Part shown: piece by piece, positions 1-7,015 of the stretch
How positions within the stretch are numbered: the first letter of the stretch is position 1
Layout of the letters: every line of letters starts with the position of its first letter
DNA from: a virus
Strand: one strand, 5' to 3'
Length of the DNA stretch: 37,910 nt
IMG/VR virus record: IMGVR_UViG_3300045391_001131
Span: 1 to 37,910 of that record
Position numbers and translations under genes: made by a program
The notes under the pieces: generated by a model
Databases searched by the model: none
Seen by the model: only the letters and a program-made list of their open reading frames with translations
Told to the model about the DNA's origin: nothing

Positions 1-48
1 TCTCTTATTTTTTGATGTACATATGGTGGGCTCTGGTAGGGTATGAGC
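1..48. repeat. Terminal direct repeat, copy 1 (identical to 37863-37910)
   Basis: tctcttattttttgatgtacatatggtgggctctggtagggtatgagc read at both ends of the window, 48/48 identical. Confidence 0.97.
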
Positions 49-76
49 ATACTCTCGTGTGGGAGGGGGGTAGCAA

Positions 77-247
77 ATGGAAGAACTGTTTTCATTGTGG
101 CTCAGAATTAACGGTCGGTTGAAGGAAGTTGAAATGACTGAGGCTGACGTGGACTCTTTAGAGCTTCAGATTGCCCGGACGCGCGCTCGAAAGCAATTCC
201 ATGAGTCCGGCCCAAGGACTGAGGCTGCAGCTCTGGAGGTACGATAG
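77..247 (+). CDS. Hypothetical 56-aa helical protein, convergent with and antisense to the leftward operon
   Basis: ORF below the 60-aa track cutoff: MEELFSLWLRINGRLKEVEMTEADVDSLELQIARTRARKQFHESGPRTEAAALEVR. Very strong SD GGGAGGGGGG (61-70) lies 6 nt before ATG 77. -10-like TATGAG at 43-48. Overlaps 108..428(-), so only one of the two may be coding in 108-247. Confidence 0.4.
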   Translation: MEELFSLWLRINGRLKEVEMTEADVDSLELQIARTRARKQFHESGPRTEAAALEVR

Positions 248-428
248 GGGGCGCCTTCGAGTCCCCTATATCCTGAAGCCGGCCTATCGCTCGAGCTTCA
301 ATTAGCCAAAGCAGTTGTCGTACTTCGGTTCGTCCGTCCTGCTCCGCCAAAATCCGTAGAAGCTCCCGCTGTCGAATGGGTAAAAAGCCCAGCACGTCGT
401 TAGGATGCTTTTCGCCTTCGTTTGCCAT
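108..428 (-). CDS. Hypothetical protein, second gene of leftward regulator operon (N-terminal half possibly RHH/DNA-binding-like)
   Basis: 106-aa ORF whose ATG (428) overlaps the end of the upstream 400..645 gene by 29 nt. The N-terminal LPIRQRELLRILAEQDGRTEVRQLLWLIEARA looks like a small structured domain. The C-terminal half is P/Q/S-rich, low-complexity and antisense to ORF 77..247. Confidence 0.45.
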   Translation of the reverse strand: MANEGEKHPNDVLGFLPIRQRELLRILAEQDGRTEVRQLLWLIEARAIGRLQDIGDSKAPPIVPPELQPQSLGRTHGIAFERASGQSEALKSPRQPQSFQLPSTDR

Positions 429-645
429 GATCCTGCTTTTTTTCCTCGAAACCTATAAATTCAGCACGCATCGGGCGCTCGACCATCGCCGCTTCAAGCA
501 ATAAGCCGTCCGCATATTTGTCCAGGATGCTTTCCACGAATGACGCCATAGACCCGTGGTAGTGCTGCTCCTCTTTAAGTCGGCGCAGCTTCTCCTCAAT
601 GCCGGCGTCAATTTGTGGTCTAAAAAACGGTCGCTTTCGAGCCAT
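400..645 (-). CDS. Ribbon-helix-helix (Arc/MetJ/CopG-like) DNA-binding protein, candidate prophage repressor
   Basis: 81 aa from ATG at 645 (MARKRPFFRPQIDAGIEEKLRRLKEEQHYHGSMASFVESILDKY...). Short beta-strand then two helices, typical of RHH. Divergent from the early promoter and abuts the palindromic operators. No SD before the ATG. Confidence 0.6.
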   Translation of the reverse strand: MARKRPFFRPQIDAGIEEKLRRLKEEQHYHGSMASFVESILDKYADGLLLEAAMVERPMRAEFIGFEEKKQDHGKRRRKAS

Positions 646-662
646 GAAAATAAAATACCCTG

Positions 663-700
663 TTGACAAGTTGTACAACTAATGGTATAAGTTGTACAGG
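663..700 (+). promoter_or_regulatory. Rightward early promoter with two operator copies
   Basis: TTGACA (663-668), 17-nt spacer, TGgTATAAG extended -10 (683-691). Perfect palindrome GTTGTACAAC at 670-679 in the spacer. Second copy GTTGTACAGG at 691-700 over the -10/+1. Centres 21 bp apart. Confidence 0.7.
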
Positions 701-806
701 AAGCGGACAACAACGGCAATTACTGAACAACTTAAGACCAATAATAGCAATGACGGCAGGCAAAGGCAAGAAAGCGAAAAAGAAGGAAGAGACGGAGGGA
801 GAAGCA

Positions 807-1007
807 ATGAATCACAGCAGTGGGTGGTTGAACGCCAGAGAGGCGGCCCTTTACTTAGGACGCAAATCGCGGACCGCCTATAAGACCATGCAATTCTTGG
901 CGCGAGCAGGAAAAATCCGCGCGGGGTTTGATGGGAAGACCTGGCACTTCCGGCCCGAAGATTTAGACAGCTGGCTTTACGTGAACGCAAAAAAAGTAGC
1001 TCGCTAG
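807..1007 (+). CDS. Excisionase-family (HTH_17/MerR-like) DNA-binding protein, first gene of rightward early operon (Xis- or Cro-like role)
   Basis: 66 aa from ATG 807, with SD GGAGGG 7 nt upstream. WLNAREAALYLGRKSRTAYKTMQFLARAGKIRAGFDGKTWHFRPEDLDSWL matches the excisionase-type HTH pattern. An in-frame ATG at 750 would add a Lys-rich N-terminal extension. Confidence 0.7.
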   Translation: MNHSSGWLNAREAALYLGRKSRTAYKTMQFLARAGKIRAGFDGKTWHFRPEDLDSWLYVNAKKVAR

Positions 1008-1016
1008 GAGGGGTCT

Positions 1017-1166
1017 ATGTACCTCGTTCAAGGGTGTGGAGTGAGCCTGATCTGTGACAAGGGGCACATTATGACGGAGTGGATCGACTACATCATCCAG
1101 CGTGGTGGTGTGCCAAAGGTCCAGCCGTTGACGAGCGAGTTCACCAATCTGCAGGCGGTGGCCTGA
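1017..1166 (+). CDS. Hypothetical small protein (49 aa)
   Basis: Below the track cutoff. AGGAGG SD 6 nt before ATG 1017. Reads MYLVQGCGVSLICDKGHIMTEWIDYIIQRGGVPKVQPLTSEFTNLQAVA. The stop lies 1 nt before the next ATG. Confidence 0.5.
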   Translation: MYLVQGCGVSLICDKGHIMTEWIDYIIQRGGVPKVQPLTSEFTNLQAVA

Positions 1167-1167
1167 C

Positions 1168-1422
1168 ATGTCGACTGCAATCGCCATGGATTCTGCCGTC
1201 GTGACCTGGGTAGACGTCGCGACCTGGCTGGGCCCTAACAAGCTCTACGAGCCTTGCTCGAGTTGCGCTCAGTGGAAGGTATTGATTTGGCTGCATATGT
1301 GCGGTCGATGCGCGATCGAACACAAACGGCGGACCGCCGAGGCTGTGGCGCTTTGGAAGGCCGAGTGGGAAGCCGCACAGGCGCGCAAGAGAAAGGAGGA
1401 AGGCTATGCTCCAAGTCTCTGA
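1168..1422 (+). CDS. Hypothetical protein (84 aa, Cys/Trp-rich)
   Basis: ORF in series with its neighbours. Its composition looks more protein-like than the overlapping alternative frames (1254..1730 is R/S/G-rich shadow). Confidence 0.5.
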   Translation: MSTAIAMDSAVVTWVDVATWLGPNKLYEPCSSCAQWKVLIWLHMCGRCAIEHKRRTAEAVALWKAEWEAAQARKRKEEGYAPSL

Positions 1423-1627
1423 TTATCGCCTTGAGCCCACGGAATGCATTTGCAACCGCCACCGCGAAGAGTGCGGGTGTCGCGAATGCCACGAGCACAA
1501 AGAGCATTACTGGCGGGACTGGAAATTCTATCCGCCGTGCGAGTGGTGCCTCCTCGAGCTTTCTGGATGGCTTGCCGAGAACACCGATTACTTTGAGTTG
1601 CAGCGGCAATATGGGAGGACGGCCTAG
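1406..1627 (+). CDS. Hypothetical Cys-rich (probable zinc-binding) protein, 73 aa
   Basis: SD AGGAGGAAGG before ATG 1406. Cys/His clusters CICNRHREECGCRECHEH and CEWC. Confidence 0.6.
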   Translation: MLQVSDYRLEPTECICNRHREECGCRECHEHKEHYWRDWKFYPPCEWCLLELSGWLAENTDYFELQRQYGRTA

Positions 1628-1629
1628 CC

Positions 1630-1818
1630 ATGAACGACTACGAGCTTTGCCAGATTGGGCAGGACGGGATTCGATTCCACGCTTGCATTTCCTGGATAGG
1701 CGATCACCTGCATTCGATCAGCTTCTATGACCACGAAGGGCCGAACAGGGACGGCTACGCCGCCGCATTTTGGTTCGACGGAAAATGGGGCGCTGTTTCG
1801 AATAAAACGCTCGCATGA
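1630..1818 (+). CDS. Hypothetical protein (62 aa)
   Basis: ATG 2 nt after the preceding stop. GGGAGGA upstream. In series with the operon. Confidence 0.55.
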   Translation: MNDYELCQIGQDGIRFHACISWIGDHLHSISFYDHEGPNRDGYAAAFWFDGKWGAVSNKTLA

Positions 1819-1973
1819 CCCATCAGTTATTAAAGGCGCTTGAGCGCCAAAGACAATGCCTCAACGAATTGGCGCGGATCAGCGCCGAGATCGCAGACGC
1901 ACTAACGGGCAAACTCGCCGAGAGCGAAAAGGCCCTAAAAGGAGACTGCAATGAGCCTGTTCAAACCCGCTGA
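1815..1973 (+). CDS. Hypothetical small coiled-coil protein (52 aa)
   Basis: Below the track cutoff. ATGA overlap with the preceding stop. Reads MTHQLLKALERQRQCLNELARISAEIADALTGKLAESEKALKGDCNEPVQTR. Its 3' end overlaps the ATPase gene by 23 nt. Confidence 0.4.
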   Translation: MTHQLLKALERQRQCLNELARISAEIADALTGKLAESEKALKGDCNEPVQTR

Positions 1974-3030
1974 AGAAAAACCCAGCTTCCTCAAGATGGG
2001 GATCTATGGTCCCCCGAAGTCCGGGAAATCCTACACCTCGACATTGATCGCTAAGGATCTCCACAAGGAGATCAAGTCGACAAAACCCGTCGCCTATTTC
2101 GACACCGAAGGCGGCTCCGACTATCTGCTCGGCACCTATAAAGCCGCGGGGATCGAGCTCCTCGTCGTGAAAAGTCGCAGCTTCTCCGACCTCATGGAGG
2201 CGGTCCGCGAGGCGACCCAGACTGCGGACATCCTCATCGTCGATTCCGTAACGCACGTCTGGAAGGAGTTGATGGACGCCTACAAAAAGAAGCGCGGCAT
2301 CGACTATGTCCAGTTCGACGACTGGGCGATCATCAAAAAAGAGTGGGAGGCGTTCACGACCCTTTTCCTGAATTGCCATCTGCATATGGTTGTGTGCGGT
2401 CGCGCCCAGGACGTCTGGGAAGAAACCGTTAACGAGAAGGGCCGCAAGGAAAAGTCTGTCGTCGGTTCGCGCATGGCCACCGAAAAGAATCTCGCCTATG
2501 AACCGTCGCTGCTGGTTGAAATGGAGCGTATCGCCGACCCGAAGACGGGCTTCCTCACGCCGCGGGCGTGGATCTTGGGCGACCGCTTCCCCGAGACCGG
2601 CCTTTCCGGCAAGTGCTTCGACAATCCAGCCTATGAAACGTTCCGCCCGCACATTGAGCGGCTAAACCTCGGCGGCAACCCGGCGGGCGTTGATGTGACG
2701 CGCTCAAGCGAGAACCTCTTCACACCAGGCTCATCGGACAGTCGCTACGAATACCAGAAGCAGCGCGACATCGCCTTGGAAGAAATCAAGGACGAGGTCG
2801 ACCGGCGCTGGAGCGGGATGTCCGTCGAGCAGAAGAATGCTCGCATCGATGTCCTTGTGGCCGTGTTCGGGACTTCGAGCAAAACGGCGATCGAGAACCT
2901 TTCCGTCAACGTGCTGCGCGAGGGTCTGAAGCGAATTCGCTCGGGTGAGTTCGATCAGGCCGGCAAAGCCGACGAACCTGTTGATCAAAACGGGGCGCAT
3001 AAGACGCCCTCCAAAAAGAAGGCAGCCTAA
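1951..3030 (+). CDS. RecA-like AAA ATPase of the phage Sak4/AAA_24 type (recombination/annealing)
   Basis: 359 aa. Walker A GPPKSGKS, Walker B ILIVDS. FDTEGG motif typical of AAA_24. SD AAGGAG upstream. Confidence 0.75.
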   Translation: MSLFKPAEEKPSFLKMGIYGPPKSGKSYTSTLIAKDLHKEIKSTKPVAYFDTEGGSDYLLGTYKAAGIELLVVKSRSFSDLMEAVREATQTADILIVDSVTHVWKELMDAYKKKRGIDYVQFDDWAIIKKEWEAFTTLFLNCHLHMVVCGRAQDVWEETVNEKGRKEKSVVGSRMATEKNLAYEPSLLVEMERIADPKTGFLTPRAWILGDRFPETGLSGKCFDNPAYETFRPHIERLNLGGNPAGVDVTRSSENLFTPGSSDSRYEYQKQRDIALEEIKDEVDRRWSGMSVEQKNARIDVLVAVFGTSSKTAIENLSVNVLREGLKRIRSGEFDQAGKADEPVDQNGAHKTPSKKKAA

Positions 3031-3447
3031 ATGATCCTCGATACCAACGGAGAACTATTTCCTGAAGGGCGATACACCTTGCGCCTCTCGGATGTCCCGA
3101 GCGCGGAAGAGGTCGGGCAATACCTCGGCTGGCGCTTTACCTTTGAAGCGGACACCGAAGATGGCCCGCGGACCTATAGCGAGCGCTTCATGGTCTGGCT
3201 GATGGCGCCGCTCATGCGCGCGCTCAATTACCCCGAGGTAAAACCGGGGAAGTTCGACTTTGATCCGCCCAAGGCGCTTGGCCGGAGCGTCGTCGCAACT
3301 ATCAAACACGTGACCATTGAAAAAGGCGCATCTGCTGGTAAGACGGTCGCGCGCATGACGGAGATTCAGCCAGCGGGCGCGACATCGAAGGTCGTTCGGG
3401 CGGCCGTCGCAGCACAGGCGCCGCGGGAATCTGAAATTCCGTTCTAG
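3031..3447 (+). CDS. DUF669-like protein (possible phage SSB-type partner of Sak4)
   Basis: 138 aa. Start abuts the ATPase stop (TAAATG). PEGRYTLRL...WRFTFE pattern and the position after a Sak4-type ATPase. Family assignment by eye only. Confidence 0.45.
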   Translation: MILDTNGELFPEGRYTLRLSDVPSAEEVGQYLGWRFTFEADTEDGPRTYSERFMVWLMAPLMRALNYPEVKPGKFDFDPPKALGRSVVATIKHVTIEKGASAGKTVARMTEIQPAGATSKVVRAAVAAQAPRESEIPF

Positions 3448-3476
3448 CTCTATCAGTGGCTTAGCAGGGAGGGGGC

Positions 3477-3953
3477 GTGGTTAATACCGAGCGCGCAAGG
3501 GATTACATGGACGCTACTCGCGATCATCGTCGACGCATTTCTGCGGCCGTGCAGGTCGACGGGGTGTATGACGATTACGAAATCGAAATGATGCCGGCGG
3601 AGGCGTTATCGTTTGCAGCGACGAGCCCAGTTCTCCCTGGCATCGCGGAGAGCGTTTATGTGCTCATCGATGTGTTAAACCACGCGATCCCCGTGGCTGA
3701 CTTCGGCCCGAATCATCCCCGGACCGGCGTGTCTCACCATAAATTTCGCGTCGGTCGCCAGCACGGAGATCGTCTGCTCGTGCTTGAACTGTTCAAAGGC
3801 TACTTCGCGAGTGATTATCCATTCGATGAATTGCTCGAGAAAATCCAGCAATACGCTGAGAGTGCGGGCTGTTCGCTCGAGCAAGAAGGCGATGAGACCG
3901 GCTACCGCTTTATATTCCTCTGGGCTCGTCAAAAAAACTTTGAAGGCGACTAA
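3477..3953 (+). CDS. Hypothetical protein (158 aa)
   Basis: GTG start preceded by GGGAGGGGG. No recognisable motifs. Confidence 0.65.
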   Translation: MVNTERARDYMDATRDHRRRISAAVQVDGVYDDYEIEMMPAEALSFAATSPVLPGIAESVYVLIDVLNHAIPVADFGPNHPRTGVSHHKFRVGRQHGDRLLVLELFKGYFASDYPFDELLEKIQQYAESAGCSLEQEGDETGYRFIFLWARQKNFEGD

Positions 3954-3971
3954 GCGGCAAAAGGAGAACCA

Positions 3972-4574
3972 ATGAAGCGAGGCCTGTGTGTGACGATGTT
4001 GTTATTCGTCGTGGGTGTGGCGCATGCCGAAAATGACGCAATAGTACCGACGGATGCAGGGAAGTTTTTCTACATCTATCACGACAAAGGGGACCGCCAA
4101 AATCATTACATCCCGTCGGGATGGATGGGTGACTACGGTGACCTAAAGCTAAACGAAGCCTACATGCAAGACCCGGCTGACGGGCGGACGGCGATCGAAT
4201 GGACCTATAACGCGCAAGCCAAGCAGGGCGCAAATTGGGCCGGCGCTTACTGGCAAGCTCCAGCCAACAATTGGGGCGACAAGCCTGGCGGCTACAACCT
4301 TCGCGGCTATAAGCGGTTGACGTTTTGGGCGAAGGCTGACCGGATCGCGAAGATCGCCGAGTTCAAGGTCGGCGGCATCACTGGCCAATATAGCGACACG
4401 GCAGATGTTGGCCTGAGCAATGTCGAACTCGGGACCAAGTGGCAGAAGTACACGATCGATCTGAAGGACGCCGACCTTCAGCACATCGTCGGCGGCTTCT
4501 GCTGGTCTGCCAGCCGCGACGACAACATGGACGGCTTCAAGCTGTATCTCGACGAGATTCGGTTTGAGAAATGA
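3972..4574 (+). CDS. Secreted beta-sandwich protein, carbohydrate-binding-module-like (CBM11/CIA30-like by eye)
   Basis: 200 aa. SD AAGGAG. Sec-type signal MKRGLCVTMLLFVVGVAHA/EN. Aromatic/Gly-rich body (GWMGDYG, ANWAGAYWQAPANNWG, LTFWAKA, YLDEIRFEK) typical of CBM-like jelly rolls. Confidence 0.6.
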   Translation: MKRGLCVTMLLFVVGVAHAENDAIVPTDAGKFFYIYHDKGDRQNHYIPSGWMGDYGDLKLNEAYMQDPADGRTAIEWTYNAQAKQGANWAGAYWQAPANNWGDKPGGYNLRGYKRLTFWAKADRIAKIAEFKVGGITGQYSDTADVGLSNVELGTKWQKYTIDLKDADLQHIVGGFCWSASRDDNMDGFKLYLDEIRFEK

Positions 4575-4762
4575 AGAAGGTTTACGGCGATCGGTTCATC
4601 CGGCGACCGTACTACAAGTATCTCGATGAAGAGTACACCCGCGGCGTCATGGACCGTGCGCAGCTTCGAGCGCGGCTCATGCGCCGCTGGGCTCTTCCGA
4701 GCTTTTTCGCAGACGAAGTGATCGCGAGGTGGCTGAGGATGCGCCACGGGCGCCGTCCCTAG
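4571..4762 (+). CDS. Hypothetical basic protein (63 aa)
   Basis: ATGA-coupled to the upstream gene. Arg/Tyr-rich. Confidence 0.55.
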   Translation: MKKVYGDRFIRRPYYKYLDEEYTRGVMDRAQLRARLMRRWALPSFFADEVIARWLRMRHGRRP

Positions 4763-4824
4763 GTGGCGCGGGGTAAGTAAGGGGAACGGGAAGGGGCTTC
4801 CGGGACATTGGAAGGACGTGTGTA

Positions 4825-5517
4825 GTGGCCGATCAAGGCAGATGGTTTAAGCTGTGGTGCACCGCACTGGGTGACGCTGATCTTGAGGATTTAGATCCCC
4901 ACGACTGGTACTGCTGGGCGAGGCTTGGCACCTATATGAAGCTCCATGGAAGCGAGGGCACGATCCAATTCACCGCCCCCGCCCGGGCGCTTTTTAACCT
5001 CTTCCACGTACCCTCTTTTGAAGCGGCAATTGCGATCATCCGACGGTTTCCTCATTGCATTCTTGAGGAGGTAAGAGACGCCCGTAAAGGTGCAACGAAT
5101 TCGATCGTTGCAATCAAGGTCACTTACCAAAACTGGCACAAATATCAGGCCGATTATTCAACCGAGCGGTCGCGGATATGGCGCGCCAAAAGGCGCCATC
5201 ATGCAACGCATCAAGAGGAGAAGAGAAGAGACGTAGAAGAGAAGAGAAAAGAAGAGATCCCCCAAACCCCCTTGGCTGCGCCCGTTTCAACGTCAAAGGC
5301 GAACGACACGGCTGCACCGAAAGGCGCCGGCTTAAAGCCGGGCAGCAATCCGCTTTCAACCCTCAAGATAAACGGTAAGCCCTACGTGCCAGAGCCGGAA
5401 ATACCGGAAGAAGAGCGCATGAGCCCGGAAGACATGGCGACCATTCGCCAGCAGAACTTCGCCCATGCTGCCGCGCGACAGCCTCCCGCCGAAGGAGCCC
5501 AAGATGACGTTTTTTAA
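4825..5517 (+). CDS. Replisome-organizer-like replication initiation protein (tentative)
   Basis: 230 aa, GTG start after GGAAGGA. The N-terminal RWFKLWCTALGDADLEDL resembles the phage replisome organizer N-domain. The central EEKRRDVEEKRKEE linker is encoded by a polypurine tract. It sits ahead of the DnaB-N-like gene. Confidence 0.45.
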   Translation: MADQGRWFKLWCTALGDADLEDLDPHDWYCWARLGTYMKLHGSEGTIQFTAPARALFNLFHVPSFEAAIAIIRRFPHCILEEVRDARKGATNSIVAIKVTYQNWHKYQADYSTERSRIWRAKRRHHATHQEEKRRDVEEKRKEEIPQTPLAAPVSTSKANDTAAPKGAGLKPGSNPLSTLKINGKPYVPEPEIPEEERMSPEDMATIRQQNFAHAAARQPPAEGAQDDVF

Positions 5518-5737
5518 GCGGATCAAATGCAGCACAATCCCATTTTTCAAAAGCCGGAAAAATGAAAAGAAGCACTACCATCGTTTTTTGGACAAAGCAA
5601 GCGATCAAGTTGCGGTTTGGGAGAAGCGAGATTGTCCTGGCGGCGAAGTGTATTTCCTGGGAATGCTGCGCGAGTGCGTTTGCGGCCAATTGCGGTTTCA
5701 GGTTCCAGGCATGACTGAAGTCGAGGTGACGCGATGA
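5504..5737 (+). CDS. Hypothetical protein (77 aa)
   Basis: ATG 5504 with GAAGGAG 6 nt upstream. Overlaps the previous gene end by 14 nt. Confidence 0.5.
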   Translation: MTFFKRIKCSTIPFFKSRKNEKKHYHRFLDKASDQVAVWEKRDCPGGEVYFLGMLRECVCGQLRFQVPGMTEVEVTR

Positions 5738-6147
5738 CGCTGGATGACCGAGTCAAAAAAATTGAAAGAAGATTAGCGATTGAAGGGCATGAACTAGCCC
5801 AAATACCAAGGATAATCGCCGCCGAACTACAAGAGGCATTGAATGAAGATCGGGCGAGTCGCTGTGCCGACGATGATTACAAAGGCTGGTATGAGCGCGG
5901 AAAGGCCGAATGCGCTAATACGCACGACGAGATGATTCAAAAGGCGAAAGAGGAAGCAAGGGTGACGGGGTGTATTGCCTGCCATGGCGCACGAATATCC
6001 GTGCCAATGATGAATTCTATGCTTTGCAGTTACTGTTATCACGTAGCCCGCGCGAGGCATAAAGCCTACGAAGATGCGGCGAAGATTTGCGGCGAAAGCT
6101 GTGCATGGACCGCCCAGAAAGCGATCCTGGCCAAAATTAACCAATGA
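5734..6147 (+). CDS. Hypothetical Cys-rich protein (137 aa)
   Basis: ATGA coupling. CIACHG...CSYCYH motif. Visibly lower GC than its neighbours. Confidence 0.6.
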   Translation: MTLDDRVKKIERRLAIEGHELAQIPRIIAAELQEALNEDRASRCADDDYKGWYERGKAECANTHDEMIQKAKEEARVTGCIACHGARISVPMMNSMLCSYCYHVARARHKAYEDAAKICGESCAWTAQKAILAKINQ

Positions 6148-6407
6148 CGCCCGGTGAGGAGAAGGCGTGGCTCGGTCGCTGTTTGCTTATCGGCAATAGC
6201 ACCGCTAACTGGGCGTTGCGCATGCCGCCGGAGCAAGAATTCAAAATTGCAGCCCATCGAAAAATCTATCGCGTGATCTGGGATCTCATTCGTCGCGGGG
6301 AATTCGTCAACGTCGTAACAGTCGCGTCCGAGTTGAAAAATCAACGCGCCTATATTTCGCCGGATTATCTCATCGAGCTGACGAACAGTTGTGACGAGAA
6401 AAAGTGA
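6144..6407 (+). CDS. Stand-alone DnaB-helicase N-terminal-domain-like protein (87 aa)
   Basis: EEKAWLGRCLLIGN...EFKIAAHRKIYRVIWDLIRRGEFVNVVTVASELKNQ...YLIELTNS aligns by eye with the DnaB N-terminal domain pattern (E.E..vLG.lLl...; F....Hr.If..i..L...G.pid..Tl...L; YLaEL). No helicase core follows. Confidence 0.6.
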   Translation: MTPGEEKAWLGRCLLIGNSTANWALRMPPEQEFKIAAHRKIYRVIWDLIRRGEFVNVVTVASELKNQRAYISPDYLIELTNSCDEKK

Positions 6408-6415
6408 GGGTGGCA

Positions 6416-6619
6416 ATGTTTACCGACGACAATTTGAAGCGGTTGAAAAAATATATTGACGGAGAAATTGATATTGAAATCGGCCCCGCACATCTCGCAC
6501 CGCTCCTCGCCCGCCTGGAAGCGGCGGAGAAGGTTATCGAGTGGGTTGACGAAAACGTGCCTGGTGAATGGGACGGTGTAAAGCCCTTCCAGGCATGGCG
6601 CAAGGCGGCGGGGAAATGA
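6416..6619 (+). CDS. Hypothetical protein (67 aa)
   Basis: ATG 6416 with GAGGGTGG 5 nt upstream. An alternative GTG at 6404 overlaps the previous stop. Confidence 0.55.
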   Translation: MFTDDNLKRLKKYIDGEIDIEIGPAHLAPLLARLEAAEKVIEWVDENVPGEWDGVKPFQAWRKAAGK

Positions 6620-6786
6620 CTAAGTCCGAATTTCTGGCCTGGCTCGACCGCTACCGCTACACCGGCTGGGTGCGGGAGGTTGTTCAGAGCCAGAAGTTCT
6701 CGGAAGCCGAGCTCGACGGACTTCACAAAGCGATGCAGCCGCACCTCGAGATGAAGAACGAGTGGCGGAGGAAGATCGGGGCGTGA
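6616..6786 (+). CDS. Hypothetical protein (56 aa)
   Basis: ATGA overlap with the previous gene. Reads MTKSEFLAWLDRYRYTGWVREV... Confidence 0.5.
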   Translation: MTKSEFLAWLDRYRYTGWVREVVQSQKFSEAELDGLHKAMQPHLEMKNEWRRKIGA

Positions 6787-6923
6787 CGATCGACGATCTC
6801 AAATCTTTGGTTGAACGCCAGGCAACGGATGCTGGCTTGTGGTGTGATCCGAAGTCCGCAACAGAACGTTATCTACAAATGCATCTGCGAATGTTGCACC
6901 GAGCGATTGAGGAGCTCGAATGA
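6783..6923 (+). CDS. Hypothetical small protein (46 aa)
   Basis: Below the track cutoff. GTGA overlap start. Reads VTIDDLKSLVERQATDAGLWCDPKSATERYLQMHLRMLHRAIEELE. It fills an otherwise uncoded gap. Confidence 0.4.
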   Translation: MTIDDLKSLVERQATDAGLWCDPKSATERYLQMHLRMLHRAIEELE

Positions 6924-7015
6924 CCTTTCTAGATTTAGAGCCTAGCGCAGTTTGGCTTTGTATCGGGATTGTGGTGCTCGCCATTATCGGAGCCGTGATG
7001 GTGTTCAGGCGATGA
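6920..7015 (+). CDS. Hypothetical single-pass membrane peptide (31 aa)
   Basis: ATGA overlaps at both ends. Reads MTFLDLEPSAVWLCIGIVVLAIIGAVMVFRR. Confidence 0.4.
   Translation: MTFLDLEPSAVWLCIGIVVLAIIGAVMVFRR

Noticed and set aside
1-48. The 48-nt end repeats as attL/attR of an integrated prophage.
   Set aside because: A much better attP candidate (TGTGCCC arm repeats plus an inverted core) lies intact inside the window, 3' of int. The window also begins and ends exactly on the repeat with no flanking host genes. Not fully excluded.
1-70. Possible tRNA 3' end as the integration target: the minus strand of the terminal repeat reads ...ctaccagagcccacca, ending in an ACCA-like tail.
   Set aside because: Working back from the CCA, the would-be T-stem halves (tatgc/ctacc) do not pair and there is no TTCGA-type T-loop. 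The GTATG-AG-CATAC inverted repeat has only a 2-nt loop. It is not a tRNA fragment by eye, though tRNAscan/ARAGORN should confirm this.
1879-2652. Long antisense or off-frame ORFs, for example 1879..2652(-), 14338..15021(-), 21806..22510(-), 31766..32680(-), 13709..14260(-), 28079..29071(+) and 1254..1730(+).
   Set aside because: They lie fully inside better-supported genes. Their translations are R/G/P/S-rich, as expected for shadow frames in GC-rich coding DNA, and they lack SDs.
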